From the NCBI GenBank assembly GCA_051746725.1, contig JBNJFI010000028.1:1-21999 (forward strand): DNA of 21,999 nt. Reading direction: 5' to 3'. This document shows positions 1 to 7,899 of this stretch, piece after piece; the stretch's first letter is position 1, and the number at the start of each line of letters is the position of its first letter. Source of the stretch: Fusobacteriota bacterium (lineage in GTDB: Bacteria; Fusobacteriota; Fusobacteriia; Fusobacteriales; JBNJFI01). The position numbers and the translations under genes were made by a program. Under the pieces are notes generated by a model, which was not told the DNA's origin, ran no database searches, and saw only the letters and a program-made list of their open reading frames with translations.

Positions 1-1
1 A

Positions 2-1009
2 ATGTTAAACGATAAAACGATATTATTAACAGGGGGAACAGGATCATTTGGAAATAAATTTGTAGAGATGGTATTAGATAAATATAATCCAAAAAAGATT
101 ATCATATATTCAAGGGATGAATTTAAACAGTATAAAATGAAGCAAAGTATAAAAGACAAAGAAAAGTTAAAAAAACTAAGGTTTTTTATAGGGAATATAA
201 GAGATAAAGACAGGTTATATAGAGCATTTAATGGAGTAGATTTTGTGATTCATGCTGCAGCTTTAAAACAAGTTCCGGCCTGTGAATATAATCCATTTGA
301 GGCTATCAAAACAAATATATTAGGTGCTAAAAACATAGTAGATGCTGCTATAGATAGAGGAGTCAAAAAAGTGGTAGCTTTATCTACAGATAAAGCAGTA
401 AACCCAGTTAACTTATATGGAGGAACAAAGTTTGTTTCAGATAAACTTTTTATATCAGGAAATGCGTATGTTGGAGAGCAGGAAACAGTATTTTCTGTGG
501 TTAGATATGGAAATGTAGCTGGTAGTCGTGGGTCTGTAATCCCCTTTTTTGACAAACTTTTAAACGAAGGGGCCAATAAATTACCTATTACAGATTTTAG
601 AATGAGTAGATTTTGGATAAGTCTTGAAGAAGGAGTTAATTTGGTCTTTAAGGCTCTAAAAGAGTCTAAAGGTGGAGAAACATATATATCTAAGATACCT
701 TCTTTTAAAATAACAGATTTAGCAAAGGCAATGGGAGGAAAAGATATAATTTTAGAAGAAGTTGGAATAAGAGAGGGAGAAAAATTGCATGAGATAATGG
801 TTACTCCGGAAGATTCTAAAATGACATATGAATATAAAAAACATTATATAATATATCCAAATTTTACGTGGTGGAACTCAGATAGGTATTTCACTGAGGG
901 AGGAAAAAAAGTACCAGAACTTTTTAAATATAGTTCTGATAACAATGAAGAATGGTTATCAGTCGATGATTTGGCAAAAAAGGTTAAGAAAATAAGAAAA
1001 AAGAAATAG
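2..1009 (+). CDS. pseB: UDP-N-acetylglucosamine 4,6-dehydratase (inverting), PseB/FlaA1
   Basis: Rossmann motif TGGTGSFG, plus YSRDEFKQ, HAAALKQVPACEYNPFE, STDKAVNPVNLYGGTK (YxxxK), VRYGNVAGSRGSV and GIREGEKLHE, all characteristic of PseB; 335 aa. Confidence 0.93.
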   Translation: MLNDKTILLTGGTGSFGNKFVEMVLDKYNPKKIIIYSRDEFKQYKMKQSIKDKEKLKKLRFFIGNIRDKDRLYRAFNGVDFVIHAAALKQVPACEYNPFEAIKTNILGAKNIVDAAIDRGVKKVVALSTDKAVNPVNLYGGTKFVSDKLFISGNAYVGEQETVFSVVRYGNVAGSRGSVIPFFDKLLNEGANKLPITDFRMSRFWISLEEGVNLVFKALKESKGGETYISKIPSFKITDLAKAMGGKDIILEEVGIREGEKLHEIMVTPEDSKMTYEYKKHYIIYPNFTWWNSDRYFTEGGKKVPELFKYSSDNNEEWLSVDDLAKKVKKIRKKK

Positions 1010-1078
1010 ACACAGTATAATCATGAGGTAGGAATTTTGTAATTAACTCATAACATAAATTAGTAAGGAGAGATTATT

Positions 1079-2365
1079 TTGAAATTTGGAAAATGGATAT
1101 TAATTATTTTATTCTTAATAGTATTTACTATAGAAAGTTTTTCTGCAGGTAATAAAATAATAGATATAAATGAAGAGACAAAATTAAATAAAAATAATTC
1201 AGGATGGTGGTTTCCATATATAGGTAGACTAAATGGTGAATGGGAAATGAGTACCGGGGTACACTTTTGGAGTGACCATATTAACTTAAGAAACTTGCAG
1301 CTTAGAGGAAATGTAGATCTTTTTCCTGGAATTAGAGCAAATACTATAATTAGATCAAACAAAGAATTTGATAGTCTTGAAACATTTGATCCTACATTTG
1401 ATCAGTTAAATCTAGAAATGTATGGGTTTCACTATGGAGATCATGGGAAATTAAGTTTGAGTTTAAAAATTGGAAAAATGAGATATTTGAGATTTCCATA
1501 TCCAGATTTGATTTCTACATTTGATCATGTTCCAGGAACAGAAGATTTGAGATATGAAAAAACTGTAACGGGATACAGTGGTCAGATGTTAACGCTAGAT
1601 TATAAAAGTGACTATGGTATAGGATATCATTTTACGGGCATAAATTGGGATTTCATCAAAAAAGATTATAATAGTCATAGGGGAAATAATATAATAGAAA
1701 ATTACCTGTATTATAAAAAAAGCTATAAAAATATTGACTTTGAAGCTAGGGCGGGCCATATGCAACTTAGAAACCCCGTTGGTGGATCTAGAACAGGCGC
1801 TAGTCATCAAGTTGGTCTAGGTGGGCCTGGTTATAGCATATATCTTGGAGGTTCTTATAAGGGGTATAAGGTTGGCGGACTATATGAAGATTTATACGAT
1901 GAAGACTTAAAAGAACATGATATTAGAACAGGTATAATGGTTACATTTGCTTTTTCAAAAGTAACTGATATATTGGGAAGTGTTAGATTTGATTATACTC
2001 GTACACCAGAAGGTTTTGTAAATCACATACCTTTATTTAAAGGAAAAATTGGAAGTATAAAGAAATCTAAACCTGAGAATGGAAAATTAGTTGGGGAAAT
2101 TAAGGCAGAAAGAATGATAACATATTGGCAAAATGGACAAGGAAGAAATTATTATGAACACAGAATTTCCTCATGGGGAGATGTTTCAGGTAAAGATACA
2201 GTAGTAGTTATGAATGAAGATACTTGGTATTTAGGATTGGAATCTTTAGTAAGTCCTCATACATCTTTTAAAACGTGGGATGATTTAGTTGAATGGGAAG
2301 ATCACAGACAGGGACCAGCACAATTAGTGCAACCTGTTATATATAAATTTTATAAAATTGATTAA
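1079..2365 (+). CDS. Hypothetical exported protein, probable outer-membrane beta-barrel/porin-like
   Basis: TTG start with AAGGAG at 1065-1070. Sec signal peptide (MKFGKW, hydrophobic core, SFS-A). Mature part is rich in G/Y/W/F with alternating amphipathic strands (LSLSLKIGK, YSIYLGGSY, GIMVTFAF) and has no further TM helix. Family not recognised. Confidence 0.55.
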   Translation: MKFGKWILIILFLIVFTIESFSAGNKIIDINEETKLNKNNSGWWFPYIGRLNGEWEMSTGVHFWSDHINLRNLQLRGNVDLFPGIRANTIIRSNKEFDSLETFDPTFDQLNLEMYGFHYGDHGKLSLSLKIGKMRYLRFPYPDLISTFDHVPGTEDLRYEKTVTGYSGQMLTLDYKSDYGIGYHFTGINWDFIKKDYNSHRGNNIIENYLYYKKSYKNIDFEARAGHMQLRNPVGGSRTGASHQVGLGGPGYSIYLGGSYKGYKVGGLYEDLYDEDLKEHDIRTGIMVTFAFSKVTDILGSVRFDYTRTPEGFVNHIPLFKGKIGSIKKSKPENGKLVGEIKAERMITYWQNGQGRNYYEHRISSWGDVSGKDTVVVMNEDTWYLGLESLVSPHTSFKTWDDLVEWEDHRQGPAQLVQPVIYKFYKID

Positions 2366-2379
2366 ATTGAGGTGGTAGA

Positions 2380-3204
2380 TTGGAATCACTAATAGTAACT
2401 TCTTTGATAACAGGCACGATCTTTTTATTAATTATTCCAGATATACTGAAAAGATATAAAAGACATAAAATTAGAAAAACAAAATTTCCAGATATTTGGG
2501 AAACTTATTTAAAAGATGATTTAAAGATATATAATATGATACCATATGAGCTAAGAGAAAAACTTAAAGAGGACATTATGATTTTAATATACGAAAAAAG
2601 ATTTGAAGGATGTCAAGGTACAGTAATTACCGGGAAGAAAAAAGTTTTAATTGCTGCACAGGCATGCTTATTATTTATAAATAAAAAATCTAGATATTAT
2701 CCAAAGCTAGATTCAATATTAGTGTATCCCGATAGATATAAAGTAAAACAAGCTAGAGAGATAAATGGGGTTCCTGTCAAAAAAGGTGGAATTAGATTAG
2801 GGGAATCCTGGCAAAATGGAGAAGTAGTTTTAGCGTGGTCAAATGTAATGGAAGGATTCAATCATACTAAACATAATGTAGTTATACATGAGTTTGCTCA
2901 TCAAATAGATCAAGAAACAGGTTATGCAAATGGATTTCCTGCTTTGACTAGGGATATGGATAGAAAAGAGTGGACTAAAGTGCTTAAAAAAGAGTATAAG
3001 AAGTTAGTTTTCAAAAAAGAACATAACAAGATAAGTATCATAAATAAATATGGGGCAACAAACCCTGCTGAATTTTTTGCAGTGATAACAGAACTCTTTT
3101 TTGAAGATCCACTGAAGTTAAATGAAGCTAGCATTGATTTGTATTTGGAACTAAAAAAATATTATAAAATAGACACAAAGAAATGGTATTTAGAAGATAA
3201 ATGA
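2380..3204 (+). CDS. MtfA-like zinc-dependent peptidase (family M90) with N-terminal TM anchor
   Basis: TTG start after GAGGTGG. LGESWQNGEVVLAW, NVVIHEFAHQID (HExxH) and YGATNPAEFFAVITELFFE are MtfA/M90 signature segments. Confidence 0.88.
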   Translation: MESLIVTSLITGTIFLLIIPDILKRYKRHKIRKTKFPDIWETYLKDDLKIYNMIPYELREKLKEDIMILIYEKRFEGCQGTVITGKKKVLIAAQACLLFINKKSRYYPKLDSILVYPDRYKVKQAREINGVPVKKGGIRLGESWQNGEVVLAWSNVMEGFNHTKHNVVIHEFAHQIDQETGYANGFPALTRDMDRKEWTKVLKKEYKKLVFKKEHNKISIINKYGATNPAEFFAVITELFFEDPLKLNEASIDLYLELKKYYKIDTKKWYLEDK

Positions 3205-3220
3205 GCAAAAAGGAGATGTT

Positions 3221-4621
3221 ATGAATAGACCTAAAATACATTATTCTGTCAAAAAAAATTGGCTAAATGACCCTAATGGTCTAGTTTATTATAATGGTGA
3301 GTATCATTTGTTTTATCAGTATAATCCTAACTCAGACAAATGGGGGCCTATGCACTGGGGTCATGCTGTAAGTAAAGACTTGATAGAATGGAAAGACCTA
3401 CCTGTAGCTCTGTATCCAGATAAAGATGGAATGTGTTTTTCTGGGTGTGCAGTTGTTGATAGTGAAAATAAAAGTAACTTTTTTGACAAAAAAGGTTTAG
3501 TTGCCATATATACTACTTCTGACTTTACGAAAAATAAAGATAAAGGTTATCAAACTCAAAGTATTGCATACAGTGAAGATGGGTATAAGTGGACAAAATA
3601 TAAAGGAAATCCAGTTATTGAAAATCCAGGAATAATAGATTTTCGTGATCCCAAGGTAATTAGATATGAAAATAATAACAAATGGGTTTTGTTACTTGCT
3701 GTGGAAGATAGAATATATTTTTATGATAGTTTTGATTTGATTAATTGGAAATTTAAAAGTGAATTTGGGAAAGATAAAGGAATAAAAGGAGAAGAATGGG
3801 AATGCCCAGAGTTATTCAAATTTAAAGTAGACAATAAAACTAAATGGGTTTTAAAAGTTAGTTTTCAAAAGGATAGCATAGGTGGTGGTTCTGGAGAACA
3901 GTATTTTGTTGGAGATTTCGATGGGGTGAGCTTTGTTGCCACAGAAAATAGTGGTGAACATGAAATAGTCGATTATGGTAGAGATTTTTATGCATCTCAA
4001 TCCTGGGAAAATACAGAGGAAAGAAAGATATTATTAGGTTGGATGAATAATTCCCAATACGCTCAAGATATTCCTAGTTCTGGATGGCGCGGAATGATGT
4101 CTATACCTAGAAAGTTAGGATTAAAAAAGATAGAAGAGAAATATATCTTAATTCAAAATCCAGTAAAAGAACTTTTAGATAATTGTAATATTCAAAAAAG
4201 AAAAGATAATATTCAGATAAAGGATAAAAAAATATTAAGTACATATGACAAAGCTCATTTAATTAATTTTAAGTTCAAAAAAGGGATGGAATTCAATATA
4301 ACTTTGAGAAATAATCATAACGAAAAAATTAAAATAATATTTCGAAAAAAATATATAATAATTAATAGAGAAAATTCTGGGGAAGTCAGATTTAGTGATA
4401 ATTTTTGTAATAAATATAAGATAAAACCCTATAATAATTTAAAAATAAGGGATATAAAATTATTGGTGGACAGATATTCTTTGGAAATATTTATAAATCA
4501 AGGAGAAATTGCTATAACAGATTTGGTTTTTCCAAAAAAGATATATAATAAGATGGAAATAAAAAATTTTAGCAAAAAAGAAAATTTATTTTTAAAAGAG
4601 TTAAAGATATTTGAATTGTAA
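3221..4621 (+). CDS. Glycoside hydrolase family 32 (levanase/beta-fructofuranosidase type), cytoplasmic
   Basis: WLNDPNG nucleophile, HWGHAVS, FSG, FRDPKV, WECPE acid/base and DYGRDFYA; C-terminal beta-sandwich (VDRYSLEIFIN); no signal peptide. Confidence 0.95.
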   Translation: MNRPKIHYSVKKNWLNDPNGLVYYNGEYHLFYQYNPNSDKWGPMHWGHAVSKDLIEWKDLPVALYPDKDGMCFSGCAVVDSENKSNFFDKKGLVAIYTTSDFTKNKDKGYQTQSIAYSEDGYKWTKYKGNPVIENPGIIDFRDPKVIRYENNNKWVLLLAVEDRIYFYDSFDLINWKFKSEFGKDKGIKGEEWECPELFKFKVDNKTKWVLKVSFQKDSIGGGSGEQYFVGDFDGVSFVATENSGEHEIVDYGRDFYASQSWENTEERKILLGWMNNSQYAQDIPSSGWRGMMSIPRKLGLKKIEEKYILIQNPVKELLDNCNIQKRKDNIQIKDKKILSTYDKAHLINFKFKKGMEFNITLRNNHNEKIKIIFRKKYIIINRENSGEVRFSDNFCNKYKIKPYNNLKIRDIKLLVDRYSLEIFINQGEIAITDLVFPKKIYNKMEIKNFSKKENLFLKELKIFEL

Positions 4622-4648
4622 GATAGATGTAATTAGCAATAGTTATTA

Positions 4649-4677
4649 TTGAAAAACTAACTTAAAAATGTTATACT
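4649..4677 (+). promoter_or_regulatory. Putative sigma70 promoter for the 4712-9179 gene string
   Basis: TTGAAA (4649-4654), 17-bp spacer, TATACT (4672-4677) with extended -10 TG at 4669-4670. Confidence 0.6.
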
Positions 4678-4711
4678 TAATTAAAGTAAGAATAAAATAA
4701 AGGAGTCGATT

Positions 4712-4936
4712 ATGCCTGAATTAAGAGAAAAAAGATTATATTGTAAAAAATGTAAAGAGGAAACACTTTGTAAAAGAAAGGATACAAATAATTGGATACA
4801 TTTAATTTTATCTATAATAACTTTGGGATTATGGATACCATTTTGGATAATGGCTGTTATTCAATTTAATGCTTGGCATTGTAGTGTTTGTGGAGCTAGA
4901 GTAAAAGATGAGACTGAAGATGAAAAAAGTAATTAA
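4712..4936 (+). CDS. Small LITAF-like zinc-ribbon membrane protein
   Basis: AAGGAG RBS; CKKC, a hydrophobic stretch of about 22 aa (WIHLILSIITLGLWIPFWIMAV), then HCSVC; 74 aa. Confidence 0.7.
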   Translation: MPELREKRLYCKKCKEETLCKRKDTNNWIHLILSIITLGLWIPFWIMAVIQFNAWHCSVCGARVKDETEDEKSN

Positions 4937-4991
4937 AAACATATCAAAAAATATACTTTAAAAGATATTTAGATGAGAGGGAGGATTTTAT

Positions 4992-5558
4992 ATGGATATT
5001 ATTTTTATAATAATTGGTTCTTTATTAGTATTTCTATCATTACTCATAATAATTTTTTCTAAAACTCCTTCTGGTCAAGGGGTAACAGATAAAGATTTAA
5101 ATGATTTAGAACTGGAATATAGAGATTTGAAAAATCAGATTTTTGATTTAACAAAAGAGTTTAATAGAACAGCGAATTTCAATACAGATTTATTAGATGA
5201 AAAAGTTTCGTATGTAGTTGAGATAAGAGAAGATCTAGATCATAAAATAATGAAAATAAACAAGCTTTTAACTGATACTGAAATAATGTGTAACCGGTTG
5301 AGAAAATTAAAACAGGAAAATGAAGATTATTTCAAAGAGAAGGAAAAATTAGATCAAAAAAGATTAGAAGATGAAAAGAAAACGGAAAAAGAAAACAAAA
5401 TTATACCTATGAAACCAAAGAGAAAATCTAGAAATGATGTAAATGGAGATATTAGTAGTTTGTATCAGAAAGGTTATACCATAAGAGAAATCGCAGAAAA
5501 AACAGATAAAAGCATTGGGGAAATTGAATTTGTAATAGGCTTACAGAAATTAAGGTGA
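4992..5558 (+). CDS. Membrane-anchored coiled-coil protein with C-terminal helix-turn-helix-like domain (DUF6115/SwrB-like)
   Basis: GGAGG RBS; N-terminal TM, long heptad coiled coil, C-terminal LYQKGYTIREIAEKTDKSIGEIEFVIGL. Confidence 0.6.
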   Translation: MDIIFIIIGSLLVFLSLLIIIFSKTPSGQGVTDKDLNDLELEYRDLKNQIFDLTKEFNRTANFNTDLLDEKVSYVVEIREDLDHKIMKINKLLTDTEIMCNRLRKLKQENEDYFKEKEKLDQKRLEDEKKTEKENKIIPMKPKRKSRNDVNGDISSLYQKGYTIREIAEKTDKSIGEIEFVIGLQKLR

Positions 5559-5564
5559 TAGAAA

Positions 5565-6125
5565 ATGAAAAGATATTTTTTTTTAGGAATAGGAGTTGGT
5601 CTTATAATAGCTGGTATATTTAATTTTTTTACTGAAAAAAGTGATATAAAAAGACTGACCAATCAAAATATAATTCGAAATGAAGAAAACATAAGTATTG
5701 ACGATAATAATAATAAGATTTCCAAAAAAGAATTAAATTTAGATAAAAAAAAATTAGAAGTTGATGAAAAGCAAAGCATAATAAAGAAAAAAATAGATAA
5801 TAAACAAATAAATTCAGGAAAAGAAACAGAAAATAATAAAACAGAAGAAAATAAAGAAGAAAAAAAAGAAATAAGAAAAAAAAGCCCCCAAATACTTAAA
5901 AATAAAGATCCTAGATATATTATTCAGTTAGGGGCCTTTGGTAGAAGAGAAAACGCCCAAGAAATAATAGACAAAATATCAAATATAGAATTGAAGATAA
6001 TAGAGGTTAATAATATGTACAAGGTTGTAACAAAGCCTTTATCCCATAGGAAAACAAAGGATATAATTACCACTATTAAAACTAAATATGGAATAGATGC
6101 TTATTCAAAAAAGGTGGAGGAGTGA
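5565..6125 (+). CDS. SPOR domain-containing protein with N-terminal membrane anchor
   Basis: N-terminal TM (FFLGIGVGLIIAGIF), K/E/N low-complexity linker, then SPOR motif YIIQLGAFGRRENA...MYKVV. Confidence 0.8.
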   Translation: MKRYFFLGIGVGLIIAGIFNFFTEKSDIKRLTNQNIIRNEENISIDDNNNKISKKELNLDKKKLEVDEKQSIIKKKIDNKQINSGKETENNKTEENKEEKKEIRKKSPQILKNKDPRYIIQLGAFGRRENAQEIIDKISNIELKIIEVNNMYKVVTKPLSHRKTKDIITTIKTKYGIDAYSKKVEE

Positions 6126-6130
6126 TTATA

Positions 6131-6514
6131 GTGAGAATATTAATAGCAGAAGATAATCATATAAGTGCTATGATAATAGAAAAATTTTTATCTGAACATG
6201 GAGATTGTGATGTTGCTTATAATGGAAAAGAAGCAGTTGATTTATATAAAAAATCTCTTGAGGAAAATGAGTATTATGATTTAGTTATATTAGATATTAT
6301 GATGCCAATTATGAATGGACAAAAAGCTTTAAAAAAGATTAGAGAAATAGAAAAAAATGTTGATCATAAATCTACAATCGTTATGTTGACAGCTTTAGAT
6401 GATAATAAAAATATAAAAGAAGCTTTGGAATATGGTTGTGATTCATATTTTAACAAGCCGATTAAGAAAGAAAAGATTTTAACTGCAATAAGAAGATTGG
6501 GCCTTATAGATTGA
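6131..6514 (+). CDS. Single-domain response regulator (CheY-like receiver)
   Basis: RILIAEDN, phosphoacceptor LVILDIMMP, MLTA and NKP; no output domain. Start moved from 6122 to GTG 6131 on spacing from the GGAGGAG RBS. Confidence 0.9.
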   Translation: MRILIAEDNHISAMIIEKFLSEHGDCDVAYNGKEAVDLYKKSLEENEYYDLVILDIMMPIMNGQKALKKIREIEKNVDHKSTIVMLTALDDNKNIKEALEYGCDSYFNKPIKKEKILTAIRRLGLID

Positions 6515-6555
6515 TAGAATATTAAAATAGATGTAAATTTGTTAGGAGTGAAAAG

Positions 6556-7899
6556 ATGAAAAAACGGGAACTTTTAGATAACGATAGAAAATATATTTGG
6601 CATCCCTTTACTCAAATGAAAGATTATGAGGATAGGGATCATATTTTAATTAAAGAGGGAAAAGGAATATACCTGTATGATTATGATGGAAATAAATATT
6701 ATGATACAATTGCCTCTTGGTGGGTTAACCTTCATGGTCATAGCAATCCTAGAATAAATAAAGCGGTTAGCAATCAGATGGAAACACTAGAGCATGTTAA
6801 TTTTTCTGGTTTTACTCATGAGCCAGGGGTAGATTTAGCTAAAAGAATTGTGGATTTAATGCCTGATGACTTAACTAAATTGTTTTATTCTGATAATGGG
6901 TCCACAGCTGTCGAAGTTGCTTTGAAAATGTCTTTCCAATATTGGAAGAATAAAGGTATTAAAAATAAAGAAAAATTTATATATTTTGAAAATAGCTATC
7001 ATGGAGATACTTTAGGGGCAGTTAGCGTTGGAGGAGTTGATACCTTTCATAAAGTTTACCAACCTTTATTATTTGACAGTCATAGAGTAACCTCTCCAAA
7101 TTGTTACCATTGTCCCATGGGAAAAGAAAAAAGTTATTGCAAATTAGAGTGTTTAAATAATTTAGAAGAGGTTTTAAAAAAAGATCATAAAAATATTTCC
7201 GGAATTGTCTTGGAACCATTAATTATGGCAGCCGGGGGAATGATTTTTTATAAACCAGAGGTGTTAAAAAAAATTAGAAAGTTAGCTACTAAATATAATG
7301 TCCATATGATAGATGATGAAGTTGCAATGGGATTTGGACGAACAGGTGAAATGTGGGCTTTTGAACATGCAAATATAACTCCAGATTTCGTATGTCTTTC
7401 AAAAGGTATTTCAGCTGGATATATGGCTTTAGCAGCCACGGTAATGACAGAGGATATTTATAATGCTTTTTATGATGACAATAATAAATTAAAAACTTTT
7501 TTTCATGGTCATTCATATACTGCAAATCCTTTAGCATGTGCTGCAGGAGTTGAAAGTTTAAAGATTTTTGAAGAAAAGGACCTTATTAATACCATTAAAG
7601 AAAAAAGTGGATATCTTCAAAAAAGAATGGAAGAATTTAAAGAAAATCCAAATATAGAAAATATTCGTGTACAAGGTTTAATAGGAGCTATGGATATTAA
7701 ACAAAATGACCAATCACAGGTAAGAGGTAATTTAGAAAAAACAGTTGGAAATTTACTTTTTGAAAAAGCCTTTGATTATGGATTGATGTTTAGACCATTA
7801 GGGAACACTATTTATTATTTTTTACCTTATATAATTACAAAAGAAGATATTGATGAAATAATAAATAGAACTAAAAAATTGTTAGATGAGGTCTTATAA
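6556..7899 (+). CDS. bioA: Adenosylmethionine-8-amino-7-oxononanoate aminotransferase
   Basis: IWHPFTQM, SWWVNLHGH, SDNGSTAVEVALKM, SYHGDT, DEVAMGFGRTG, CLSKG (PLP lysine) and FFHGHSYTANPLAC. Confidence 0.93.
   Translation: MKKRELLDNDRKYIWHPFTQMKDYEDRDHILIKEGKGIYLYDYDGNKYYDTIASWWVNLHGHSNPRINKAVSNQMETLEHVNFSGFTHEPGVDLAKRIVDLMPDDLTKLFYSDNGSTAVEVALKMSFQYWKNKGIKNKEKFIYFENSYHGDTLGAVSVGGVDTFHKVYQPLLFDSHRVTSPNCYHCPMGKEKSYCKLECLNNLEEVLKKDHKNISGIVLEPLIMAAGGMIFYKPEVLKKIRKLATKYNVHMIDDEVAMGFGRTGEMWAFEHANITPDFVCLSKGISAGYMALAATVMTEDIYNAFYDDNNKLKTFFHGHSYTANPLACAAGVESLKIFEEKDLINTIKEKSGYLQKRMEEFKENPNIENIRVQGLIGAMDIKQNDQSQVRGNLEKTVGNLLFEKAFDYGLMFRPLGNTIYYFLPYIITKEDIDEIINRTKKLLDEVL

Noticed and set aside
1016..1021. 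TATAAT upstream of the 1079 gene
   Set aside because: No convincing -35 or extended -10 TG; too weak to call a promoter in such AT-rich sequence.
4674..4688. TACTT-AATTA-AAGTA inverted repeat overlapping the -10 of the 4649 promoter
   Set aside because: Superficially like the feo box but lacks the TGA/TCA core and has different spacing; expected by chance in AT-rich DNA.
5790..5890. A-rich quasi-repeats (GAAAATAA/ACAGAA) inside the SPOR gene
   Set aside because: Low-complexity K/E/N linker coding sequence with no regular period.
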